Positions 16,931 to 27,987 of a DNA stretch of 32,000 bases are shown one piece after another. How positions within the stretch are numbered: position 1 is the first letter of the stretch; each line of letters begins with the position of its first letter. The notes under the pieces were generated by a model. The model was given only the letters and a program-made list of their open reading frames with translations. It was not told where the DNA came from and did no database searches. Source of the stretch: Sulfurospirillum sp. (GTDB taxonomy: Bacteria > Campylobacterota > Campylobacteria > Campylobacterales > Sulfurospirillaceae); the NCBI GenBank assembly GCA_014859685.1, contig JACUTU010000001.1, positions 179,416-211,415 on the forward strand, written 5' to 3'. The translations under genes and the position numbers were made by a program.

Positions 16931-19294
16931 ATGAGAATTACCAACGCATTGTTTTATCAAAACGCAAAAAATGATCATCAAAAAAGCATGCGAGGATTGT
17001 ATGACATCAACACCCAACTCGCTTCTGGTGTAAAGATACAAAATAGCTATGAAGATAGCGGTGTTTTCGTAGATACTATGCGCCTTAATTATGAAGTGGC
17101 AACCCTTGAACAAGTTAAAGAAACAAGCTCTAAAGCTCAAACTTTTGCAAACAACACAGATGGCACACTCAACCAAGTAACAAGTATTTTGGATCAGTTT
17201 AAAACAAAGATGATTCAATCAGCCAATGAAGTGAACTCTCCTACAAGTTTGAATGCCTTGGCAAATGATATGGAGGCAATGCTTACGAATCTTAAAAGCA
17301 TAGCCAATACATCTATCAACGGGCAGTTTCTTTTTTCAGGTTCTGCTTTGGATGTGAAGCCAATCCAAGCTAATGGTACTTATAATGGCAATGATCAAAA
17401 CCTAGAAGCAATCGTAGGTTCAGGCGTACAAATCCCCTACAATATTACAGGCAAAGACCTTTTTTTAGGAAGAGATAGCGACTACAACAAGGTGCTTTCT
17501 ACTAATGTAAAAATGCTGGATCTTAACAAATTACATCCAGAAGTGATGCAAGATACCAATATGCTTAGCGAAGAAGTATACCTTAATGAAAATAATACGA
17601 TAAGAGATATGGTTGGCGATACTGATGCAGATACAAGCAATGATCCAATGCCGGTATTTTATCTTTCTGGTAAAAAATCAGATGGAGAGAATTTTGCAAC
17701 AAAATTTGAACTCTCCACAACTTCCAAGATAAGTGATCTACTAGAGCGAATTGCATATGAATATGGCAATACAGGAACAAATAAAGTTGTAGATGTAGGG
17801 ATAAATGCACATGGACAGATTGAGATAACTGACCTGAAAAAAGGAAATACGCTCTTGCAAATGCACCTTTTTGCAGCCATTGATAGAAATGCAACTGGAG
17901 TTGCTGGAAATGGCGATAAAAGCAACACAGATGAACTGCTTGCACAGCCAAATGTAGATATCATCGAATTTACAAAAAGCAATTTTTCAGCCCCAAATAC
18001 AGCAAGTAGCATCGCTTCAAGACAAGATATCTTCAATCAAGCTACTTCTTATGTGGGCTATCCTATGAAAATGAATGATGGGTCATTTGTTAAAACTACA
18101 ACCCTTTTAAATGAGTTTATGCCTAGTAATGTTGATCATATTGATGTAAATGGCATAAATATTGCAACTACTACTACTGTTCAATCCTTGATGGATGAAA
18201 TTCAAACACAGTTTGGCGGTACAGCGCGCCTTGAAAATGGTCAAATCATTGTTGATGGCTTAGTTGCAGATGTAATTTTAATTGCAAAAGATTTATCAGG
18301 ATCTCCTGTAAGTGGATTTCAAATTGTAGATGCTATGAATTTTGAAAGAAAAAGCTTTGTAAAAGATGGTAACGAACTTTTAGGCAATGTTTCACAATTT
18401 GTAAAAAAAACAGGTGAGTATGCTAGTGCAAGTACAAAATTGATAGAAGTTGCAGGCGTTGATTCTTTGGATACAAAGCAGTTTATTTTAAATGGCAAAG
18501 ATAAAAATGGCAATAATTTCAATGCCCAGATAGATTTTTCAAATGGAATTAATGGAGCAACTTTCTCTTTAGATAAGGGATCAACAAATTTTACAATTTT
18601 TAATGCCCAAGAAAATCCTACAAAAGCTGATGAGATGACTTATCAACAGTTACTTGATGTTGTTTCTATGATTACATCTGGCATATTGCCTACAGATACG
18701 GATAGCCCATTGGATGGAATACAGGCTGATGAATACAATGCAGCTATAATTTCTGCACAAAACAATGTTGCAGTAACTCTGGATTACAAGGGGCGTATGC
18801 AGTTGCTTGACACGCAAAATTCTGTATCAAAAATAGAATTTGCTATGTATGATATAAACGCCAAACAATCTTCAGAAGCTTCAGCTTTAAGTTTTATGGC
18901 AAATGATGCGATAGTTATAGATGAGCCAGATATTGACTTTTTTAAAGATTTGAACCAAATGATAGAAGCGGTGCGATCAGGTGGATACAGGATGGATGCA
19001 AGTGCCAAAGATCCACGCAATATAGGGATCCAAAATTCTCTCTTTCGTGTCGATCATTTGAGCGATCATATAATCAAAGCACATACTAAGATTGGCTCTT
19101 ATTCTAACGCACTTATGAGCGCTCAAGAGAGGGCGGAGCTTTTGAGTGTCAATGTTAAAACAGTTCGTTCGCAAGTTATTGATGTGGATTTGGCTGAGGC
19201 GTATATGCAATTTCAGCAGCTTTCAAACTCATATCAAGCAATGCTCTCGACTGTTTCAAAGATAAATTCTATGTCACTACTTAATTACATGTAA
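16931..19294 (+). CDS. flgL: Flagellar hook-filament junction protein FlgL (hook-associated protein 3), long epsilonproteobacterial form
   Basis: N-terminus 'MRITNALFYQN...QLASGVKIQNSYEDSGVF' and C-terminus '...VDLAEAYMQFQQLSNSYQAMLSTVSKINSMSLLNYM' are flagellin-like terminal domains typical of FlgL. The variable central region is about 600 aa. The start is ATG 16931 (AGAGGA RBS); the 16868 ORF start would include the promoter. Confidence 0.82.
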   Translation: MRITNALFYQNAKNDHQKSMRGLYDINTQLASGVKIQNSYEDSGVFVDTMRLNYEVATLEQVKETSSKAQTFANNTDGTLNQVTSILDQFKTKMIQSANEVNSPTSLNALANDMEAMLTNLKSIANTSINGQFLFSGSALDVKPIQANGTYNGNDQNLEAIVGSGVQIPYNITGKDLFLGRDSDYNKVLSTNVKMLDLNKLHPEVMQDTNMLSEEVYLNENNTIRDMVGDTDADTSNDPMPVFYLSGKKSDGENFATKFELSTTSKISDLLERIAYEYGNTGTNKVVDVGINAHGQIEITDLKKGNTLLQMHLFAAIDRNATGVAGNGDKSNTDELLAQPNVDIIEFTKSNFSAPNTASSIASRQDIFNQATSYVGYPMKMNDGSFVKTTTLLNEFMPSNVDHIDVNGINIATTTTVQSLMDEIQTQFGGTARLENGQIIVDGLVADVILIAKDLSGSPVSGFQIVDAMNFERKSFVKDGNELLGNVSQFVKKTGEYASASTKLIEVAGVDSLDTKQFILNGKDKNGNNFNAQIDFSNGINGATFSLDKGSTNFTIFNAQENPTKADEMTYQQLLDVVSMITSGILPTDTDSPLDGIQADEYNAAIISAQNNVAVTLDYKGRMQLLDTQNSVSKIEFAMYDINAKQSSEASALSFMANDAIVIDEPDIDFFKDLNQMIEAVRSGGYRMDASAKDPRNIGIQNSLFRVDHLSDHIIKAHTKIGSYSNALMSAQERAELLSVNVKTVRSQVIDVDLAEAYMQFQQLSNSYQAMLSTVSKINSMSLLNYM

Positions 19295-19297
19295 GAA
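19285..19297 (+). repeat. Copy 1 of 13-bp repeat TTACATGTAAGAA (contains 10-bp palindrome TTACATGTAA)
   Basis: It is identical to 19319-19331 and overlaps the last two codons and stop of flgL (TAC ATG TAA). Confidence 0.9.
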
Positions 19298-19300
19298 TTT

Positions 19301-19309
19301 TGGTATAAT
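19301..19309 (+). promoter_or_regulatory. Candidate extended -10 promoter (TGgTATAAT) for ftsK
   Basis: A perfect TGnTATAAT lies in the 46-bp flgL-ftsK spacer, bracketed by the two TTACATGTAAGAA copies. The predicted TSS is at about 19316-19318. Confidence 0.5.
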
Positions 19310-19318
19310 CTCAAAACT

Positions 19319-19331
19319 TTACATGTAAGAA
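19319..19331 (+). repeat. Copy 2 of 13-bp repeat TTACATGTAAGAA
   Basis: It is identical to 19285-19297. It lies at the predicted 5' end of the ftsK mRNA and overlaps the AAGAAGGA Shine-Dalgarno region. Confidence 0.9.
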
Positions 19332-19340
19332 GGATCTGTT

Positions 19341-21434
19341 ATTTTAAAAGAGACATTTTTTATACTATCTATTGTTTTTTTCATTTTTTTAGGGGTTGCT
19401 ACGCTTATACCGCAAGCAAGTGTAGTTGGTAGTTACGGGGCTGTCATTGGCCAATGGAACCAACATTGGTTTGGGTATTTTGCTTTTGTTTATCCGTTTT
19501 TACTACTTGTACCAGCTTTTTTTATCTATAGGCAACCGTACTTTGATGCGAGGAGATTTGAACTTATACTCTCTGGCGTACTATTTATCTTCGCACTATT
19601 GATGTTTCAAGCAAATGTGACTAATAACGCATTACACGGATATCTAGGCTATTCGATCATCTCTTTATTGCAAGCATTTATAGGTAGCCTTGGAGTTTGG
19701 CTTTTTATCATAGCGATGAGCGTGCTATCGGCTGGAATTTTGCTCGATACAACCGCCAATGATATGTTTGAAAGTATTCCAAAAAAAAAGATAAAAACTC
19801 CAAATCGAGAAGAAGTACAAATAGATATACAAGAGGAAGAAGAGCAATCACCACCGCTTTCTTTGCTTGATGAAATCACGCAAGATGATGTACATGTAGA
19901 GGATTTTGAAAATGCTATAAAAGTTGTAAAAAAAGAGGAACAAGGCACTGAACACAAAGTGCAGATTTTAAGTGAACTTGCTGAAAACAAACAGCTTCTT
20001 GATGCGATGCAAAAAGGGGCATTGGAAAAACCGAAAGACTATGAATTGCCATCACTCAAATTTCTCGTCTCACCTCCAAAAAAAAGTAAACATATTAACG
20101 AAGCGGAGATAGATCGCAAGATAGAAGATTTGCTTGAAAAATTGAAACGATTCAAGATAGATGGTGATGTTGTGCGAACCTATTCAGGGCCTGTGGTAAC
20201 GACTTTTGAGTTCAAACCCGCACCTCATATAAAAGTTTCAAAGATATCGACCTTGCAAGATGATCTTGCTATGGCGCTCAAGGCTAAAACTATCCGCATC
20301 CAAGCACCAGTTCCTGGAAAAGATGTAGTAGGTATCGAAGTGCCAAATGAAACTATAGAAACGATTTATCTTAAAGAGATTTTAGAAAGTGATATTTTTA
20401 TCCAATCCTCATCACCGCTTACTATTGCTTTGGGTAAAGATATCGTGGGCAATCCTTTTGTAACCGATCTTAAAAAACTACCACATTTGCTCATCGCTGG
20501 AACTACAGGAAGTGGCAAAAGTGTGGGTATAAATGCAATGCTACTTTCATTATTGTATAAAAATTCTCCCGACACGCTTAAACTTTTGATGATTGATCCT
20601 AAAATGCTGGAATTTTCAATCTACAATGACATTCCACATCTGCTTACACCTGTTATCACCAAAGCAAAACAAGCCATTATTGCACTTTCAAATATGGTTG
20701 ATGAGATGGAGCGCCGCTATCAAATTATGAGCCAATCAAAAACCAAAAATATAGAAAACTACAATGAAAAAGCTAAAAAGTTGGGGCTTGATCCTTTTCC
20801 TTATATCGTAGTTATCATCGATGAACTCGCAGATCTTATGATGACAAGCGGTAAAGAGGTAGAATTTTACATAGGCAGGCTTGCGCAGATGGCGCGTGCT
20901 AGTGGAATACATCTTATCGTAGCAACACAAAGACCATCGGTTGATGTCGTTACAGGACTCATCAAAGCCAATCTTCCAAGCCGCATCAGCTATAAAGTTG
21001 GTTCAAAGATAGATAGCAAAGTCATCTTAGATACCATGGGCGCAGACTCACTTTTAGGGAGAGGCGATATGCTCTTCACGCCTCCATCAACTTCAGGACT
21101 TATCAGATTGCACGCACCTTATACGAGTGAAGAAGAGATTGAAAAGATTGTAGAACATCTCAAAAAACAGCGAAAAGTTGTGTATGATGAGAGTTTCTTG
21201 AAAGAAAATGATAGCGTGAGTGCTTATAGCGATTCAGATTATGATACTGGTGATATAGATGAACTTTTTGAAGAAGCAAAATCCATCGTTGTTAATGAGA
21301 AAAAAGCCTCAATTAGCTACATTCAAAGACGCTTACAAATAGGCTACAATAGGGCTTCAAGGATCGTAGAACAGCTTGAAACTTTAGGCATTCTCTCCGC
21401 ACCAAATTCAAAAGGGCAACGAGAGATTATCTGA
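19341..21434 (+). CDS. ftsK: DNA translocase FtsK (start codon uncertain, probably non-canonical ATT)
   Basis: The C-terminal motor has Walker A 'GTTGSGKS', 'VVIIDELADLM', 'ATQRPSVDV' and a gamma-domain wHTH 'SISYIQRRLQIGYNRASRIVEQLE'. The open frame extends upstream of the first ATG (19599) to a TAA at 19326-19328. That extension encodes membrane helices ('ILKETFFILSIVFFIFLGVATLIP...FGYFAFVYPFLLLVPAFF'). Confidence 0.85.
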   Translation: MLKETFFILSIVFFIFLGVATLIPQASVVGSYGAVIGQWNQHWFGYFAFVYPFLLLVPAFFIYRQPYFDARRFELILSGVLFIFALLMFQANVTNNALHGYLGYSIISLLQAFIGSLGVWLFIIAMSVLSAGILLDTTANDMFESIPKKKIKTPNREEVQIDIQEEEEQSPPLSLLDEITQDDVHVEDFENAIKVVKKEEQGTEHKVQILSELAENKQLLDAMQKGALEKPKDYELPSLKFLVSPPKKSKHINEAEIDRKIEDLLEKLKRFKIDGDVVRTYSGPVVTTFEFKPAPHIKVSKISTLQDDLAMALKAKTIRIQAPVPGKDVVGIEVPNETIETIYLKEILESDIFIQSSSPLTIALGKDIVGNPFVTDLKKLPHLLIAGTTGSGKSVGINAMLLSLLYKNSPDTLKLLMIDPKMLEFSIYNDIPHLLTPVITKAKQAIIALSNMVDEMERRYQIMSQSKTKNIENYNEKAKKLGLDPFPYIVVIIDELADLMMTSGKEVEFYIGRLAQMARASGIHLIVATQRPSVDVVTGLIKANLPSRISYKVGSKIDSKVILDTMGADSLLGRGDMLFTPPSTSGLIRLHAPYTSEEEIEKIVEHLKKQRKVVYDESFLKENDSVSAYSDSDYDTGDIDELFEEAKSIVVNEKKASISYIQRRLQIGYNRASRIVEQLETLGILSAPNSKGQREII

Positions 21435-23955
21435 AGATAGTAAATGGCAATTTGATTGTGCGTTTGATGATATTGATTGGAGAAAATATCGTTTCAGCCA
21501 AAAGATTTGTGCTGATATCTGGCTTTTCAAGAGTGCCTTTGACGCGTACACTTGTGAAGATTTTCCCATCTTTATCGAGTAAGATATTTCTAACTATGGG
21601 GATATTGTTTAAGATATTGCTTACGCTTTTGAGTGTTGCGATGTTGAGCGTGAGATCAATTTGCGAATTATCGAGCAAAACTATGCCGCTGCCACTGATA
21701 TCAGCACTATGACCTTTGAGTTTTATCTCTTCTATCATGAGTGCATTTTCTTTTCTTTTAAAGCTTATAAATCCCTCTTTCACTTCATAGCCATGTTCAT
21801 TAAATTGTGGATTTTTGAGCGTCATAAGAGAGGGAATAGTGTTGATAAACGCCATAAGATTATTGAAAAATCGCAAATCTTTTATGATAGTGTTTTCCAT
21901 AAAAAATACTCCGCTAAAATTTTGCGTTCCATTGCCATCAAGAACGATATCAAAGCTACCATTTTGAAACACTTGCCTGCTTACTAAAGCATCTATGAAA
22001 TTGCTTGTAAGGTTTTTTCCATCTATAAAAATATAATCCGCTCCCTTTTCAAACAAAAGTTTTCCACCCTCAAAAGTGGATTGAAATGCTAATGTATCTT
22101 TTTGCTTTTTGAGCTCAAATGATTCAGATTTGAGTTTACTTGAACTGTTAGCATCAAGGATATTGACATTATTAGCAAACAAAGTAAAATCAGGAATTTG
22201 CTCAAAAGAACCTTGAGTAGAAAAATTTTGTTGTACATCTAAATCGTGTAAACTTACCTCTATAGTATCACTTGAGCGAATTTGCAATGCCCCATTTAAT
22301 GCGTTTAGATCAAGCGTTTTCGCATCACTATTTACACTGAGGTTTACATCTCGTATATTTTTATCACCTCTATAAAAAGGCGTATCTATATCTCTTATAA
22401 CCGCATTTGCACTAAAATTTTCATAATCTTTTGTGCTTACATGTATGCTTCCTTTTTGCATCGCAAGCGTTTGTAAAATCTTAGAATAGGGAATAATCTT
22501 TTGAATATCAAAAACTTCAAAATCCGCACTATCTTTTTTAAAAGAGAGTTTAGTTTGCAAATCGAGCAAGGAGATAGCCGTAGATTTTTCGCCTATTTCA
22601 AAAGCGACTTTACTCATTTTATCGCTTACATGTAGCAGATTTTGGTCATTTATGGCAAGATCAAGATCGTTGATATTTGTTGTGCCCTCAAAAAGTTTTG
22701 AGTGTGTATCGAGAACCCCGCTTGTGTTGATGTCAAAAAGTGTTGTGTGACGCATATGAACATTTTCAAGTATAACTTGCGTATCATCTAGTTTTACTGT
22801 GCCATTTTTTGAGTGCAACGAAAGACCTGCAAGATTAAGATTTGCATCTTGAAATTGAAAAGTCCCCTCTGCCTTACGAATGCCAACAGGAGCAAAATCT
22901 ACATCCAAACGAATATGCGAGTTGTTTGCACCGCTTGTTTGAGTGATGGGTATGTCTATCTGAAACGCTTGTAAGATGCTATGAATTGCACCATCAAGGA
23001 GCGTGTTTGAGTGAAGATCAACGATAATGCCAGTATCGTTACTCATTAAATTGTAGATATAAACTTGTGGATTTTGCAATTTTTTGCCCGCATAAAAACC
23101 CACTTCTGTATGAAATGTGAGCGTATCATCTTCGAGTGTAAGTCTTACATGTGGACTCAATGCAGGGCTTACATGTGGGTGAAAAGATATGCTCACATCT
23201 TTAGCAATCGCTTCTGCGCGCATGAGTTTTGGAAAATACTCAAAAGTTTGCACATCAAAAATACCCTCAAGATTTTCTATCTTGTATTTCTTTGCAACGA
23301 TATTTTTATAAACCCAATTATTGATCTGCGGTTCGATAGCCACTTTTGTGTTGAGATGTTCCATAAAAGGCTCAATACTTGCAAGCTCACTTGTTTTTAA
23401 TCTATAAAAAAGCTTTGATCCCTCAAGATAGAGCCTTGTTGTGCCACGAATCTGTGCTACTTCAAAGCCTCCATCGTAGGTGTAAGTATTTTTTTTGATG
23501 TCAATTTGTAGCATTCCTTGTAAAAAAATATCATAATCTTTTAAATTAGCTTGTTTGATTTTCACAAAAAGTTGCCCATCTTTTTCACTGATAGATGAAT
23601 CGACACTGAATTCATTGTTTTCTATATAAAAGATGTCATTTTTATAGAGAAAATGGATAGTATTGTTTGTAAAATAGAGATTTTCTATAGAAATTGAATC
23701 AAATAAAAGATTAAGCCATGGTATCTTTTTTGTGTATTCTAAAAGTTCTTGATAGGAAGTTTTTTGTTTAGTGGCATGGGTGATTGTGAGATTTTTTGCA
23801 CTGACAATGAGTTTTTTATCTAATTTTATGTAAAATTGTTCTACTTTGAAAAAAGGTAAAGAGAAGGATTGGATACGGAATCCCTCAATTAAAGCAAGGA
23901 CAAGAATCATCAAAGCAATGAGTAATAGTAAAAAAAATTTCCAGATCTGTTTCAT
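21427..23955 (-). CDS. YhdP/AsmA-family large envelope protein (N-terminal TM anchor, AsmA-like C-terminus)
   Basis: An ORF of 840-850 aa with the N-terminal helix 'WKFFLLLLIALMILVLALI' and a long beta-rich body. The C-terminal 'GHSADISGSGIVLLDNSQIDLTLNIATL...VRVKGTLEKPDIS' is typical of the YhdP/TamB/AsmA C-terminus. The start is 23982 or 23955. The 3' end overlaps ftsK by 8 bp, convergently. Confidence 0.7.
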   Translation of the reverse strand: MKQIWKFFLLLLIALMILVLALIEGFRIQSFSLPFFKVEQFYIKLDKKLIVSAKNLTITHATKQKTSYQELLEYTKKIPWLNLLFDSISIENLYFTNNTIHFLYKNDIFYIENNEFSVDSSISEKDGQLFVKIKQANLKDYDIFLQGMLQIDIKKNTYTYDGGFEVAQIRGTTRLYLEGSKLFYRLKTSELASIEPFMEHLNTKVAIEPQINNWVYKNIVAKKYKIENLEGIFDVQTFEYFPKLMRAEAIAKDVSISFHPHVSPALSPHVRLTLEDDTLTFHTEVGFYAGKKLQNPQVYIYNLMSNDTGIIVDLHSNTLLDGAIHSILQAFQIDIPITQTSGANNSHIRLDVDFAPVGIRKAEGTFQFQDANLNLAGLSLHSKNGTVKLDDTQVILENVHMRHTTLFDINTSGVLDTHSKLFEGTTNINDLDLAINDQNLLHVSDKMSKVAFEIGEKSTAISLLDLQTKLSFKKDSADFEVFDIQKIIPYSKILQTLAMQKGSIHVSTKDYENFSANAVIRDIDTPFYRGDKNIRDVNLSVNSDAKTLDLNALNGALQIRSSDTIEVSLHDLDVQQNFSTQGSFEQIPDFTLFANNVNILDANSSSKLKSESFELKKQKDTLAFQSTFEGGKLLFEKGADYIFIDGKNLTSNFIDALVSRQVFQNGSFDIVLDGNGTQNFSGVFFMENTIIKDLRFFNNLMAFINTIPSLMTLKNPQFNEHGYEVKEGFISFKRKENALMIEEIKLKGHSADISGSGIVLLDNSQIDLTLNIATLKSVSNILNNIPIVRNILLDKDGKIFTSVRVKGTLEKPDISTNLLAETIFSPINIIKRTIKLPFTIFR

Positions 23956-24868
23956 CGCATTTGATGTAATATTTATTATCATTTTTTCACTTTTATTTCA
24001 TTTATCAAGACCGATTACATCTTCTTTAGTAGTGTATGTTCCACAAGGCTCGATTGGTGAGATTATAACATATTTGGATGCCAAAAATTTTAACCTTTCA
24101 CCAAAGCTTGACTCACTTTTGTTACGCTTGATAGGCAAGCCACAAAAAGGCTGGGTAAATATAGCCAATACTAATTTGAGTCGTGGAGATTTTTTATATA
24201 AACTCTCCCATTCAAAAGCCGCTTTGCAAAATATCACGCTCATTCCAGGAGAAACGACGGAGATTTTTTTGGAGCAGGTTGCCACAAGTTTTACACTCTC
24301 AAAAGAAAAATTACTCCAATATTTCTATGAAAACGCACCGCTAAAAGATGGAATTTTTGTGCCAGAAACATATCATATACCAAGAGGTATCAGTGAAAAA
24401 CATTTGATACATTATCTTCTGGGCTATGCAAATGAGTATTATCGTAACATGGCACTCAAAATTTTTGGTGAGTATGATGCAAAAAAATGGCACCGCTATC
24501 TCGTGGTTGCCTCGATTATTCAAAAAGAAGCGTTTGATGCAAGCGAAATGTCACTTGTTTCTTCGGTAATCTACAATCGATTGAAAAAAAATATGCCTTT
24601 GCAGATGGATGGCACGCTTAATTATGGCAAATATTCTCATACTAAAGTTACTCCACAAAGAATAAAAGAAGATAACTCAAAGTATAATACCTACAAAAAT
24701 ATCGGTTTGCCCCCACAGCCAGTAGGTAGTGTACAAAATGCTGCAATTTTTGCTGCTATATTTCCAAAAACCAGTGATTATCTCTATTTTGTCCGCTCAA
24801 AAAGCGGAGGGCATCTTTTTGCAAAAAGTTATGAAGAGCATAAAAAAAATATAAACAAACTCAAATAA
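23918..24868 (+). CDS. mltG: Endolytic peptidoglycan transglycosylase MltG (YceG-like)
   Basis: N-terminal TM helix 'ICFIAFDVIFIIIFSLLF' is followed by YceG motifs 'ASIIQKEA', 'VIYNRL...MPLQMDGTLNY' and 'YNTYKNIGLPPQPVGS'. The start is uncertain (ATG 23918 chosen; the TTG 23846 ORF start is unlikely). Confidence 0.8.
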   Translation: MSNSKKNFQICFIAFDVIFIIIFSLLFHLSRPITSSLVVYVPQGSIGEIITYLDAKNFNLSPKLDSLLLRLIGKPQKGWVNIANTNLSRGDFLYKLSHSKAALQNITLIPGETTEIFLEQVATSFTLSKEKLLQYFYENAPLKDGIFVPETYHIPRGISEKHLIHYLLGYANEYYRNMALKIFGEYDAKKWHRYLVVASIIQKEAFDASEMSLVSSVIYNRLKKNMPLQMDGTLNYGKYSHTKVTPQRIKEDNSKYNTYKNIGLPPQPVGSVQNAAIFAAIFPKTSDYLYFVRSKSGGHLFAKSYEEHKKNINKLK

Positions 24869-27100
<2,232 letters not shown>

Positions 27101-27121
27101 AAACGACAAGAGGAAAAGAAT

Positions 27122-27973
27122 ATGAGAGAGATTAAGTACGAAGATATCGTAAAATCGATTCGAGATTGTATCATCTTTAGTGGAACAAATCTTCCAAAAG
27201 ATGCGTATGCAAAGATGCAAGAGGCTCACGAAAAAGAAAAAAGCCCTGTAGCAAAAGAGGTTTTACGACAACTTTTAGAAAATGCAGATATAGCAAAAAA
27301 TGAAGATAAACCGCTTTGTCAAGATACAGGTTTGGCTGTGTTTTTTGTAAAAGTTGGTGAAGATTTGAAAATACTCGGTGGCAGCTTAAAACAAGCGATC
27401 AATGAGGGTGCTGAGCTTGGTTATCGAGAAGGATATTTTAGAGCTTCTACATGTCATTGGGATACAAGAGCAAATCTCAAAGATGAGATAGGCTACAACT
27501 TGCCCGCTGTGATTCATTTTGATCTTGTTGCAGGCGATGAACTTGAGATTGAATATGCTGCAAAAGGTGGTGGTAGCGAAAATGTAAGTCGTGCAACCGT
27601 ACTTGCACCAGCTGCTGGTCGTGCCGGCATAGTAGCATTTGTAAAAGAAGTAGTTTCTAATGCGGGTCCAAATCCATGTCCACCACTCACTGTCGGCGTT
27701 GGCATAGGAGGCACTTTTGAAAAAGCGGCTATTTCAAGTAAACACGCACTTTTTAGAGAACTCGGAAGTAAAAATGAAGATCCAGTGCTAGATTCTATGG
27801 AGCAAGAGTTAAAAGAAGAGCTCAACAAACTCGGAATCGGTGCTATGGGAATGGGCGGTACACAAACAGTATTTGGTGTACATATCGAAAAAAATCCATG
27901 CCATATAGCTTCTTTGCCAGTTTCTGTGAATGTACAGTGTCATAGTAGCAGACATACAAAAATCAAGTTTTAA
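27122..27973 (+). CDS. Class I (Fe-S) fumarate hydratase / tartrate dehydratase family, alpha (N-terminal-domain) subunit
   Basis: 283-aa ORF with the 'PLCQDTG' cluster-binding motif, 'AAKGGGSEN', and 'LTVGVGIGGTFE...'. It is followed by the matching beta subunit. Confidence 0.88.
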   Translation: MREIKYEDIVKSIRDCIIFSGTNLPKDAYAKMQEAHEKEKSPVAKEVLRQLLENADIAKNEDKPLCQDTGLAVFFVKVGEDLKILGGSLKQAINEGAELGYREGYFRASTCHWDTRANLKDEIGYNLPAVIHFDLVAGDELEIEYAAKGGGSENVSRATVLAPAAGRAGIVAFVKEVVSNAGPNPCPPLTVGVGIGGTFEKAAISSKHALFRELGSKNEDPVLDSMEQELKEELNKLGIGAMGMGGTQTVFGVHIEKNPCHIASLPVSVNVQCHSSRHTKIKF

Positions 27974-27987
27974 GAAAGGGCGAAATT

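Noticed and set aside
19323-19328. ATG-TAA start-stop minimal ORF inside the TTACATGTAA word, just upstream of ftsK (every perfect copy contains one)
   Set aside because: This is an automatic consequence of the word's sequence. There is no appropriately spaced Shine-Dalgarno sequence upstream of it and no evidence that it is translated.
19375-19390. T7-CA-T7 homopolymer tracts in the 5' part of ftsK as a phase-variation switch (an out-of-frame TTG at 19372 would become in-frame after loss of one T)
   Set aside because: The frame upstream of the tract already encodes a sensible membrane-helix N-terminus. Phase variation of an essential gene is unlikely, and this cannot be tested without read-level length variation.
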